Below are positions 39,734-48,136 of a stretch of DNA of 48,212 bases, in pieces. Position 1 is the stretch's first letter; each line of letters opens with the position of its first letter. The stretch comes from Kiloniellales bacterium (GTDB taxonomy: Bacteria > Pseudomonadota > Alphaproteobacteria > Kiloniellales > J153), in assembly GCA_036444495.1 (NCBI GenBank), contig JAZGBC010000059.1:1-48212 (forward strand). Reading direction: 5' to 3'. The translations under genes and the position numbers were made by a program. Below the pieces are notes generated by a model that was given only the letters and a program-made list of their open reading frames with translations, was not told the origin of the DNA and searched no databases.

Positions 39734-40528
39734 ATGTCAGTGAAAACAAAGGATAACAGGGAGGCTGGCGCCACCACTCACTTCGGCTTCGATGAGCTTC
39801 CCGAGGCGGAAAAGGCGCCGCGGGTGCGCGGCGTCTTCGAGAGCGTGGCCAACCGCTACGACCTGATGAACGACCTCATGTCGGGCGGCATACACCGGCT
39901 GTGGAAGGCGGCCCTGCTCGACTGGCTGAACCCACGCCCGGGCATGAGTCTTGTCGACGTGGCCGGCGGGACGGCCGATGTCGCGCTGGGCGCGATCAAG
40001 CGCGTCGGTCCGGCGCGCGCCGGACCGGTCATCGTCTGCGACATGACCCCCGAGATGCTGCGCATCGGGCGCGACCGGGCGCTAGATAAGGGAATCGTGG
40101 GGCGGAACCTGCCGGGCGGCCTCTATTGGGTCTGCGGCGATGCGGAGGCCCTGCCGCTCGCCGAGCGCAGCGTGGAGGCCTACACCATCGCCTTCGGCCT
40201 GCGCAACGTGACCCGCATCCCCCAGGCGCTCAGCGAGGCGCGGCGCGTGCTCAAGCCGGGCGGGCGCTTCCTCTGCCTGGAGTTCAGCCGGGTCGTCGTG
40301 CCGCTCGTGGCCGAGCTTTACGAGCTTTACTCCTTCCGGGTGTTGCCGGCCCTGGGCGCGGCGGTCACCGGGGACGGGGACGCCTACCGCTACCTGGTGG
40401 AGTCTATCCGGCGTTTCCCGCCCCAGGAGGAACTGGCCGCCATGATGACCGAGGCGGGCTTCGAGCAGGTCCGCTACCGGAATCTGACCGGCGGAATCGC
40501 GGCACTCCACTCCGGCTGGCGTCTGTAG
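39734..40528 (+). CDS. ubiE: Ubiquinone/menaquinone biosynthesis C-methyltransferase
   Basis: Motifs THFGF, VANRYDLMNDLMSGGIHRLWK and the SAM motif VDVAGGTADVA. Confidence 0.95.
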   Translation: MSVKTKDNREAGATTHFGFDELPEAEKAPRVRGVFESVANRYDLMNDLMSGGIHRLWKAALLDWLNPRPGMSLVDVAGGTADVALGAIKRVGPARAGPVIVCDMTPEMLRIGRDRALDKGIVGRNLPGGLYWVCGDAEALPLAERSVEAYTIAFGLRNVTRIPQALSEARRVLKPGGRFLCLEFSRVVVPLVAELYELYSFRVLPALGAAVTGDGDAYRYLVESIRRFPPQEELAAMMTEAGFEQVRYRNLTGGIAALHSGWRL

Positions 40529-40794
40529 TACCCAGGATCATAGGAGGATGGCAGGAATGACGGTTTTGCAGGTTCGCTCGGCTAGGAGCGTGGTCCGACG
40601 TGATGCGGGGACATCACGAGGGCCGCGCGACGACGCCCGAGGGGCGTGCAAGACCACCCGAAGGGTCGCTTTTCGCGGCCTCTGGAGGGCGTCACCGCCG
40701 CTTGCCGATGTCCCGCATCGCCTGCGCGGCGTTTCCTACCCAGTGGCCGCGAAAAGACGATCACGCCTATCGTCCTCCTATGATCCTGGGTACT
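40527..40794 (+). repeat. 268-bp palindromic MITE-like / structured-RNA-like element, copy B
   Basis: Left arm AGTACCCAGGATCATAGGAGGATGG (40527-40551) and right arm CGTCCTCCTATGATCCTGGGTACT (40771-40794). Core at 40580-40731 is near-identical to copy A. Starts inside the ubiE TAG stop. Confidence 0.85.
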
Positions 40795-40812
40795 AGGGCC
40801 CGCGGGCGAACC

Positions 40813-42363
40813 ATGCTGCGCACAATCCGCATCCTGTGGCGTCTCCTGCACATCGCGCAGACGCTGGCCCGCCACGACATCCTCGCCGTGCTCGAGGAGT
40901 TGCAGGTCGTGCCGGGGATCGTCTGGCTGGCGCGCCTGGTGGCGCGCCGCCGCGCGGAGGGCCGGCCCGGGCAGAAGCTGGCGCGCGCGGCCAACGAGGC
41001 GGGGCCCAGCTTCATCAAGCTAGGGCAGTTCTTCTCCACCCGCGCCGATTTGCTGGGCGAAGAGCTGGCCGCCGACCTATCCGAACTGCAGGACCGCCTG
41101 CCGCCCTTCGCGAGTGCCGAGGCAAGGGCCACCATCGAGAAGGAACTGGGCCGGCCGGTCGATGAGCTTTTCGAGTCCTTCGAGGACGAGCCCATCTCCG
41201 CTGCATCCATCGCCCAGGTGCACCTGGCGGTCACCCGCGGCGAGGACGGAGAGTCCGGCCGAGAGGTCGCGGTCAAGGTGCTGCGCCCGGGCATCGAGCG
41301 CGCCTTCGAACGCGATCTGGAGCTCCTCTACTGGCTGGCCGAGATGGCCGCGCGAACCCGGCCGCGCCTGCGCCGCCTGAAACCGGTCGAGGTGGTGCGG
41401 CTTTTCGAGGAAACCGTGCGCATCGAGATGGACCTGGCGCTGGAAGCCGCTGCGGCCTCGGAACTGGCCGACAACTTCGCCGGAGACCCCAGCTACCACA
41501 CGCCGGTCATCGACTGGCAGCGCACCTCGCGCCGGGTGCTCACCATGGGGCGCATCGGCGGCACGCCCATCGACGACCGCGAGGGGCTCATCGCCGCCGG
41601 CCACGACCTGCGCGAGGTGATGACCAAGGCCGCAACGATCTTCTTTAACCAGGCCTTCCGCGACGGCCTGTTCCACGGCGACCAGCACGCGGGCAACATG
41701 TTCGTGGACGCGGACGGCAACATCGTGGCCGTGGATTTCGGCATCATGGGGCGCCTGGACCGCCAAACCCGCACTTTCCTGGCGGACATGCTGCTGGCGC
41801 TTCTGGCGCGCGACTACAAGCGCCTGGCCGAGGTGCACCTGGAGGCCGGTTTCCTGCCGCCCGGACAGTCGCCCGAGGCCTTCGCCCAGGCCCTGCGCTC
41901 TGTGACCGAGCCCATCTTCGACCGGCCCCTGCACGAGGTCTCCTTCGCCCGGCTGCTGGCGCGGCTCCTGCGGCTCAGCGAATCCTTCGACATGCCGGTG
42001 CAGCCCCAGCTTCTGCTGCTGCAGAAGAATATGCTGATGGCCGAAGGCGTGAGCCGCCGGCTCGACCCGGACCTCAATATCTGGACCCTCGCCCAGCCGC
42101 TCATCGAGGAATGGATGCGCGAGAACCGCGGCCCCGAGGCCCGGCTGCGCGGGGCGGTGGAAGAGCTTTCCACCACCCTGGAACGCCTGCCCTCGCTCGT
42201 CTCCAACATGGAGAGCGTGGCCAAGGACCTGGCCGGGGGCGGTCTGCGCCTGCATCCGGAGACCGTGGAGGCCATGGGCGGCACGGGTGGCCGGCGCGAT
42301 GCCCGCTGGGCGCTCTGGATCGCCATCGGCGCCGCCGTACTGGCGATCCTGGCGGTCTTCTAA
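40813..42363 (+). CDS. ubiB: Ubiquinone biosynthesis protein kinase-like UbiB (ABC1/ADCK family)
   Basis: Motifs ISAASIAQVH, VAVKVLRPGI and HGDQHAGNMF, plus a C-terminal TM segment. ATG 40813 is the first start outside the repeat. Track ORF 40600..42363 reads through the repeat. Confidence 0.9.
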   Translation: MLRTIRILWRLLHIAQTLARHDILAVLEELQVVPGIVWLARLVARRRAEGRPGQKLARAANEAGPSFIKLGQFFSTRADLLGEELAADLSELQDRLPPFASAEARATIEKELGRPVDELFESFEDEPISAASIAQVHLAVTRGEDGESGREVAVKVLRPGIERAFERDLELLYWLAEMAARTRPRLRRLKPVEVVRLFEETVRIEMDLALEAAAASELADNFAGDPSYHTPVIDWQRTSRRVLTMGRIGGTPIDDREGLIAAGHDLREVMTKAATIFFNQAFRDGLFHGDQHAGNMFVDADGNIVAVDFGIMGRLDRQTRTFLADMLLALLARDYKRLAEVHLEAGFLPPGQSPEAFAQALRSVTEPIFDRPLHEVSFARLLARLLRLSESFDMPVQPQLLLLQKNMLMAEGVSRRLDPDLNIWTLAQPLIEEWMRENRGPEARLRGAVEELSTTLERLPSLVSNMESVAKDLAGGGLRLHPETVEAMGGTGGRRDARWALWIAIGAAVLAILAVF

Positions 42364-42434
42364 CGACCGCCAAGCCCCTATTAACGTAGCGGTGGCTGGA
42401 TGCAAGACGCCTACACACTCGTAATAGTTGAGTA

Positions 42435-42463
42435 TTGATTAAATAACTCGACTTGATTATAAT
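42435..42463 (+). promoter_or_regulatory. Sigma-70-like promoter TTGATT-N17-TATAAT for the toxin-antitoxin pair
   Basis: TTGATT at 42435-42440, a 17-nt spacer, then TATAAT at 42458-42463. About 60 nt upstream of the antitoxin ATG, in an AT-rich spacer. Confidence 0.6.
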
Positions 42464-42490
42464 ACGTAAATTACGTAAATTACGTATATT
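42463..42490 (+). promoter_or_regulatory. Three 9-bp tandem repeats, each containing the palindrome TACGTA (candidate operator)
   Basis: ACGTAAATT, ACGTAAATT, ACGTATATT, then ACGG. TACGTA at 42463-42468, 42472-42477 and 42481-42486, immediately after the -10 box. Confidence 0.55.
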
Positions 42491-42525
42491 ACGGACTATA
42501 TAGGCAGCTATCTAGGGTAACAGTA

Positions 42526-42780
42526 ATGCAGAAAGCTTCAGCCGCAATGGTGGCTAAGAACTTTGGCAAATTTCGAGAGGCCGCCCTTTCCGAGCCGCTA
42601 ACTATTCAAAATCACGGGCGCGATTCCGTGGTTATGGTGTCGGCGAAAGAATACCACAGACTGAAGAAACTCGACCGAACGGTTCTTGCTTTTCGGGAAT
42701 TGTCTGAGCGCGAAATCCACGCCATCTCAGAATCCAAGATGGACAAACGACACGCGCATCTCGATGAACTAATGGACTAA
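42526..42780 (+). CDS. Type II antitoxin, Phd/YefM family
   Basis: 84 aa. N-terminal pattern AKNFGKFREAALSEPLTIQNHGRDSVVMVSAKEYHRLKK is typical of Phd/YefM. Lies 3 nt upstream of the next ORF. Confidence 0.75.
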   Translation: MQKASAAMVAKNFGKFREAALSEPLTIQNHGRDSVVMVSAKEYHRLKKLDRTVLAFRELSEREIHAISESKMDKRHAHLDELMD

Positions 42781-42783
42781 ATA

Positions 42784-43218
42784 ATGCCGCTACCCAAGCC
42801 GGAGCCTGGTTTAGTTCTCTCATATGGCTATCTCTGGAAGTGGCAAGATGAAAGAGGCGACGACGCTGGCGAAAAAAACCGCCCATGCGTCATCGTCCTT
42901 TCTACGGAAAATATCGACGGGGACACGGTCGTCTTGGTCGTACCGGTGACAAGCCAACAGCCCCGCCCCGACCGCCGTTCAGTGGAAATCCCAGCAAAGG
43001 TCCAAGCCCACCTGGGGCTAGACGGAGAACAATGCTGGGTCATCACTGATGAGGTGAATAAATTCATCTGGCCGGGGCCCGACCTATCCCAAATACCGGC
43101 CCGGCCCGGGGAGTTTCATTACGGATTCATACCGCCCAAACTCTATGACAAAATCATAGACGACTGCAGAGACATAGCTAAGGCTCGACAATTAAAGTCA
43201 GTGACGCGAACGGCCTAA
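42784..43218 (+). CDS. PemK/MazF-like putative toxin
   Basis: 144 aa. PGLVLSYGYLW...GEKNRPCVIVLS...VVLVVPVTSQ...VEIP...WVITDEV follows the MazF/PemK beta-barrel pattern (G-x-hydrophobic ... RP-x-VV-x-S ... VP-x-T ... D). The assignment is by eye. Confidence 0.6.
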   Translation: MPLPKPEPGLVLSYGYLWKWQDERGDDAGEKNRPCVIVLSTENIDGDTVVLVVPVTSQQPRPDRRSVEIPAKVQAHLGLDGEQCWVITDEVNKFIWPGPDLSQIPARPGEFHYGFIPPKLYDKIIDDCRDIAKARQLKSVTRTA

Positions 43219-43333
43219 TCAGCCGGGGCGGTAGAGGCTTGGGGCGAATTTCTACCCCCCGCCGGCGAAGCCTTGTCAGAAACGCCCCCGCTGTTTACCT
43301 TATCTACGCTGGACAACCGTAAAATATGAGGAA

Positions 43334-44545
43334 ATGACACTGCTTGCTGGAAAACGCATCCTGCTGGTCGTCTCCGGCGGGATCGCGGCGTACAAGACGC
43401 TGGACCTGATCCGCCGCCTGCGCGAGCGGGGGGCCGGCGTGCGCTGTGTCCTGACCAAGGGGGGCGCGGAGTTCGTGACCGCCCTGTCGCTGGCCGCGCT
43501 CAGCGAGGAGAAGGTCTATTCCGACCTCTTTTCGCTCACCGACGAGGCCGAGATGGGCCATATCCGCCTGTCGCGCGAGGCGGATCTCGTCGTGATCGCC
43601 CCGGCCAGCGCCGATATCCTGGCCAAGATGGCCGGCGGCCGGGCCGACGACCTGGCTTCCACCCTGCTGCTCGCCACCGACAAGCGGGTGCTCGCCGCGC
43701 CCGCCATGAACGTCCGCATGTGGGAGCATCCGGCCACCCAAGCCAATTTGGCGCTGCTCATCGAGCGCGGCCTGCTCACCGTCGGCCCCAACGAGGGCGA
43801 CATGGCCTGCGGCGAATACGGCATGGGCCGCATGGCCGAGCCGGACGAGATCCTGGCCGCGATCGAGGGCTTTTTCGGCGGAGACGCGCGCCTTTCCGGG
43901 CGGCGGGCGCTGGTAACCAGCGGACCCACCTACGAGGCGATCGACCCGGTACGCTACCTCGCCAACCGCTCCTCGGGCCGCCAGGGGCACGCCATCGCCA
44001 CGGCGCTCTCGCGCCTGGGGGCCGAGACCCTGCTGGTGACCGGCCCGACCCGGCTCGCGGACCCGGCGGGCGTGCAGGTGGTGCATATCGAATCTGCCGA
44101 GGAAATGCTCACCGCCTGCCAGGAGGCCCTGCCCGTGGACGTGGCGGTCTGCGCGGCCGCGGTCGCAGACTGGCGCGTCAAGCAGGCGAGCGGGCAGAAG
44201 CTCAAGAAGAACGGCGGCGGCCCGCCGGAGCTGGCGCTCACCGTCAACCCGGACATCCTGGCCTGCCTATCGGCCGCCGGAAACCTGCGGCCGCGGCTGG
44301 TCGTGGGCTTCGCCGCCGAGACCGAAAAGGTCGTGGAAAACGCCAAGGCGAAGCTCAAAGCCAAGGGCTGCGACTGGATCCTGGCCAACGACGTCTCGGC
44401 GGAGAGCGGCACCTTCGGCGGCGCGCAGAACACGATCCACCTGGTCGAAGCCGGCGGCGTCGAGCCCTGGCCGCGCATGGCCAAGGAGGAGGTCGCCGAA
44501 CGCCTGGCCGCGCGCATCGCCGATCACCTGCCTGATGCGGCATGA
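43334..44545 (+). CDS. coaBC: Bifunctional phosphopantothenoylcysteine decarboxylase / phosphopantothenate--cysteine ligase
   Basis: Flavoprotein N-domain ([21 protein letters not shown]) plus a DFP C-domain ([23 protein letters not shown]). Confidence 0.95.
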   Translation: MTLLAGKRILLVVSGGIAAYKTLDLIRRLRERGAGVRCVLTKGGAEFVTALSLAALSEEKVYSDLFSLTDEAEMGHIRLSREADLVVIAPASADILAKMAGGRADDLASTLLLATDKRVLAAPAMNVRMWEHPATQANLALLIERGLLTVGPNEGDMACGEYGMGRMAEPDEILAAIEGFFGGDARLSGRRALVTSGPTYEAIDPVRYLANRSSGRQGHAIATALSRLGAETLLVTGPTRLADPAGVQVVHIESAEEMLTACQEALPVDVAVCAAAVADWRVKQASGQKLKKNGGGPPELALTVNPDILACLSAAGNLRPRLVVGFAAETEKVVENAKAKLKAKGCDWILANDVSAESGTFGGAQNTIHLVEAGGVEPWPRMAKEEVAERLAARIADHLPDAA

Positions 44546-45021
44546 GCATTCCATGCATTCCCGTCGAGCGCCTGCCCCATGGCCAGGGCCTGCCGCTGCC
44601 CGCCTACGCGACCACTGAGAGCGCTGGCATGGACCTCTTGGCCGCGGTCGAGGCCGAGGTGGTGCTGCGGCCCGGCGAACGGCGCCTGATCCCGACAGGC
44701 ATCGCCATCGCCCTGCCGCCGGGCACCGAGGCCCAGGTGCGCCCGCGCTCGGGACTGGCGCTGAAATACGGGGTCACCGTGCTCAACGCGCCGGGCACCA
44801 TCGATACCGACTACCGCGGCGAGGTCGGAGTCATCCTGATCAACCAGGGGCAGGAGCCCTTTAGCGTGACGCGAGGGGCGCGCATCGCCCAGTTGGTCAT
44901 CGCGCCCTGCCTGCAGGCGGGCTGGCGTCCGGTCGAAACCCTGGAAGACAGCGCGCGCGGGGCCGGCGGCTTCGGCTCCACCGGTACGGAGCAACCGGAC
45001 CCGGCGCTGGAGGAAATCTAG
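44542..45021 (+). CDS. dut: dUTP diphosphatase
   Basis: Motifs [24 protein letters not shown] and GFGSTG. The ATG overlaps the coaBC stop (ATGA). Confidence 0.95.
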   Translation: MSIPCIPVERLPHGQGLPLPAYATTESAGMDLLAAVEAEVVLRPGERRLIPTGIAIALPPGTEAQVRPRSGLALKYGVTVLNAPGTIDTDYRGEVGVILINQGQEPFSVTRGARIAQLVIAPCLQAGWRPVETLEDSARGAGGFGSTGTEQPDPALEEI

Positions 45022-45028
45022 GGACACC

Positions 45029-45484
45029 ATGCTGCGCCTGTCGAAAAAGCTGCTCTTCGCAATCGAGGCCGTGGTGGACATCGCCTATCACGCCGGGCCG
45101 GGACCTGTGCGCTCGACCGACATCTCGCGGCGTCAGGGCATCCCGCGGCGCTATCTGGAACAGGTGCTCCAGCAGCTCGTTCACAAGAAGATCCTGGCCG
45201 GCCAGCGCGGACCGCGCGGCGGCTACCGCTTGGCGCGCGAGCGCCGCCGCATCACCGTGGGCGAGATCATCCGCGTGGTGCGCGAACTGGAAGGCACGCG
45301 CGATCCGGCCATGGAAAGCGACGGTTCCGAGATCGGCCACAAGGTGGTGCGTCCACTCTGGATCGAGATGCAGCGGGAGATCATGGACCGCTTCGACCAG
45401 ATGACCATCGAGGAGCTTTGCCAGCGGGCGGGCGCGCTCGACATCCCGAGCGAGGCCTCCAAGATCCCCGACTTCAGCATCTAG
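45029..45484 (+). CDS. Rrf2-family transcriptional regulator (no Cys cluster; CymR-like)
   Basis: Rrf2 winged-helix N-terminus ([19 protein letters not shown]...[19 protein letters not shown]). Only one Cys seen, so probably not an Fe-S type. Directly upstream of cysK. Confidence 0.8.
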   Translation: MLRLSKKLLFAIEAVVDIAYHAGPGPVRSTDISRRQGIPRRYLEQVLQQLVHKKILAGQRGPRGGYRLARERRRITVGEIIRVVRELEGTRDPAMESDGSEIGHKVVRPLWIEMQREIMDRFDQMTIEELCQRAGALDIPSEASKIPDFSI

Positions 45485-45491
45485 AAGAGCC

Positions 45492-46475
45492 ATGGCCGAA
45501 CCGCTGCCCGTCCCCTGCCCCGAAACCTCCGGCGAATTCCGTGGCCATATCTATGGCAGCATCCTGGAGACCATCGGGGCCACGCCGCTGGTGCGCCTGT
45601 CCAAGCTGGCCGCGGCCCACGGGGTAAAGGCCGACATCCTGGGCAAATGCGAGTTCTTCAATCCGCTGTCCTCGGTCAAGGACCGCATCGGCCTCGCCAT
45701 GGTCGAGGCGCTGGAGGCGCAGGGCAAGATCGGGCCCGACAGCGTGATCGTCGAGCCCACCAGCGGCAACACGGGCATCGCGCTGGCCTTCGTCTGCGCC
45801 GCCAAGGGCTACCGGCTGATTCTCACCATGCCCGACACCATGTCGGTCGAGCGGCGCAAGATGCTGCGCCTCTTGGGCGCCGAGCTGGTGCTGACCGACG
45901 GCGCGGAGGGCATGCGCGGGGCCGTGGCGAGGGCGGAGAAGCTGATCGAGGAGCTGCCCGATGCGGTCATGCCCCAGCAGTTCAACAACCCGGCCAACCC
46001 GGAGATTCACCGCCTGACCACGGCCGAGGAAATCTGGAAGGACACGGACGGCGGGGTCGACGTGGTGATAAGCGGCGTGGGCACGGGCGGCACGCTCACG
46101 GGCGTGGCCTGCGCGCTCAAGGCCTACAAACCCGGGATCAGCATGATCGCGGTGGAGCCGGAGGACAGCCCCGTGCTCTCGGGCGGCGAGCCGGGCCCGC
46201 ACAAAATTCAGGGCATCGGTGCGGGTTTCGTGCCCGAAGTCCTGGACACCAAATGCATCGACGAGGTGCTGCGCATCGGCAACGACACGTCCTTCGCCAT
46301 CGCGCGCGAGGCGGCGAGGCTGGAGGGCCTGCCGGTGGGCATCTCCTCGGGCGCCGCGCTGGCCGCCGCGCTCGAGGTGGGCGCGCGGCCCGGGATGAAG
46401 GGCAAGATGATCGTCACCATCCTGCCGTCCCATTCGGAGCGCTACCTGACTACCGATCTTTTCGAGGGGCTGTAG
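45492..46475 (+). CDS. cysK: Cysteine synthase A (O-acetylserine sulfhydrylase)
   Basis: PLP-lysine motif [18 protein letters not shown], and the GTGGT loop. Confidence 0.9.
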   Translation: MAEPLPVPCPETSGEFRGHIYGSILETIGATPLVRLSKLAAAHGVKADILGKCEFFNPLSSVKDRIGLAMVEALEAQGKIGPDSVIVEPTSGNTGIALAFVCAAKGYRLILTMPDTMSVERRKMLRLLGAELVLTDGAEGMRGAVARAEKLIEELPDAVMPQQFNNPANPEIHRLTTAEEIWKDTDGGVDVVISGVGTGGTLTGVACALKAYKPGISMIAVEPEDSPVLSGGEPGPHKIQGIGAGFVPEVLDTKCIDEVLRIGNDTSFAIAREAARLEGLPVGISSGAALAAALEVGARPGMKGKMIVTILPSHSERYLTTDLFEGL

Positions 46476-46487
46476 AGGTCCCACGTC

Positions 46488-47327
46488 ATGACCATGGACC
46501 TGAGCGACGAACAGATCGAACGCTATGCCCGGCACCTGGTCCTGCCCGAGGTGGAGGAGGAGGGCCAGGCCAAACTGCTCGGTTCCCGCGTGCTGGTGGT
46601 GGGTGCGGGCGGGCTGGGCTCGCCGCTGCTGCTCTACCTCGCCGCCGCCGGCGTAGGGACGCTCGGCGTGGTGGACGACGACACGGTGGACCTTTCCAAC
46701 CTGCAGCGCCAGGTGGTCCACGACACCTCCAACCTGGGTATGCGTAAGACCGAAAGCGCTGCGCGGCGCCTGGCCGAGATCAACCCGGAGGTGCGCGTCG
46801 TGCCCCATGATCTGCGCCTGACCCGCGCGACGGTCATGGAGCTGATCGCGGGCTATGACCTGGTGGCCGACGGCTCGGACAACTTCCCGACCCGCTATAT
46901 CCTGAACGACGCCTGCTATCTGGCGGGCAAGACGCTTATCTCGGCCGCCATCATGCGCTTCGACGGGCAACTGGCCACCTTCAAGGCGCACACGCGCGCG
47001 GCCGACCGGCCCGAGGCCCACCCCTGCTACCGCTGCATCTTCGGCGACCAGCCCGAGGACCCCAAGCAGTCCTGCGCCGACGTGGGTGTCTTGGGCGCAC
47101 TCGCCGGCACGCTGGGCGCGCTCCAGGCCACCGAGGTCATCAAGGAGTTGCTCGGCATCGGGGAAAGCCTGTCGGGCTCGTTCCTGCTCTACGATTCGCT
47201 CGCCGCCACCTTCCGCAAGATCAAGGTGAGCGCCGATCCGGCCTGCCCGCTCTGCGGCCCCCAGGCCACGATCAAGGACCTGGACTCCGTCTCCTACCGC
47301 GACCGCGAGCCCATCTGCGCCGCGTGA
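46488..47327 (+). CDS. HesA/MoeB/ThiF-family E1-like adenylyltransferase (no rhodanese domain)
   Basis: Motifs RYARHLVLPEV, nucleotide loop VVGAGGLGSP, and two CxxC pairs (CYRC, CPLC). Confidence 0.85.
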   Translation: MTMDLSDEQIERYARHLVLPEVEEEGQAKLLGSRVLVVGAGGLGSPLLLYLAAAGVGTLGVVDDDTVDLSNLQRQVVHDTSNLGMRKTESAARRLAEINPEVRVVPHDLRLTRATVMELIAGYDLVADGSDNFPTRYILNDACYLAGKTLISAAIMRFDGQLATFKAHTRAADRPEAHPCYRCIFGDQPEDPKQSCADVGVLGALAGTLGALQATEVIKELLGIGESLSGSFLLYDSLAATFRKIKVSADPACPLCGPQATIKDLDSVSYRDREPICAA

Positions 47328-47407
47328 GGCGGGGTGGGACCGGCCTCTTGGCGCGCGGGGCCAATTTCGCTTCAATCAAGCCTGCTCCACCTCAAACGGC
47401 GGGAAAC

Positions 47408-48136
47408 ATGATGCGCTTAATCGCCGCGGCGCTGACGGTCATTGCGGGCTTCATGGGCGATCCGGCGGCCGCCGGCGAGCGGGTCGATCTGGAGTTGGTG
47501 CTGCTCGCCGACGCGTCGCAATCCATCGACGAGGGGGAACTGCGCTTCCAGCGCCAGGGCTACGCCGCCGCCATCACCCACCCGGACGTGCTCGCCGCCA
47601 TTACCCACGGCTACCTGCAGCGCATCGCGGTGACCTATGTGGAGTGGGCCAGCGAGACCGAACAGGACGTGGTGGTGCCCTGGACCGTCATCGACGGCCC
47701 CGATAGCGCCGCCGTCTTCGCCAAGGAATTGCTGGAAAAGCCGCGCCTGGCCTTCGGTCCCAACGCCATCGGCCCGGCGTTGGCCGCCGCCCACGCGCTC
47801 ATCGCGGGCGACGAGGTGGTGGGCACGCGGCGGGTCATCGATTTCTCCGGCGACAGCGCCTGGGAGGGCGGGGGAATCCCGGTCTCCCAGGCCCGGGCCG
47901 CGGCGCTATCCGATGGGATCGTGATCAACGGCCTGGCCATCCTGTGCCGCGACTGCGCGAGCGGCCGGCCGGTCTATTACGACCTGGAAGAGGCCTTCGC
48001 CAGCTTCATCACCGGCGGCCCGGGCAGCTTCGTCATCACCGCCGACGGCAAGACGAGCTTCGCCGAGGCGGTGCGCCGCAAGCTGATCCTTGAGGTGGCC
48101 GAGGGGCGGCGCGCGAGGGGCTATAACGACGGGTGA
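47408..48136 (+). CDS. DUF1194 (vWA-like) domain protein, exported
   Basis: Signal peptide MMRLIAAALTVIAGFMGDPAAA. LVLLADASQSID...VTYVEWAS...IDFSGDS...VINGLAI pattern, typical of DUF1194. In frame within track ORF 47324..48136. Confidence 0.7.
   Translation: MMRLIAAALTVIAGFMGDPAAAGERVDLELVLLADASQSIDEGELRFQRQGYAAAITHPDVLAAITHGYLQRIAVTYVEWASETEQDVVVPWTVIDGPDSAAVFAKELLEKPRLAFGPNAIGPALAAAHALIAGDEVVGTRRVIDFSGDSAWEGGGIPVSQARAAALSDGIVINGLAILCRDCASGRPVYYDLEEAFASFITGGPGSFVITADGKTSFAEAVRRKLILEVAEGRRARGYNDG

Noticed and set aside
39455-39749. ORFs lying inside the 268-bp elements (39455..39733 +, 39519..39749 -, 40548..40796 +, 40582..40875 -), which could be read as small conserved proteins.
   Set aside because: Every nucleotide difference between the two copies is non-synonymous in both the plus-frame and minus-frame ORFs. 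The products are Arg/Gly/Ala-rich, typical of random high-GC frames. The sequence is better explained by extensive self-complementarity. I treat it as non-coding.
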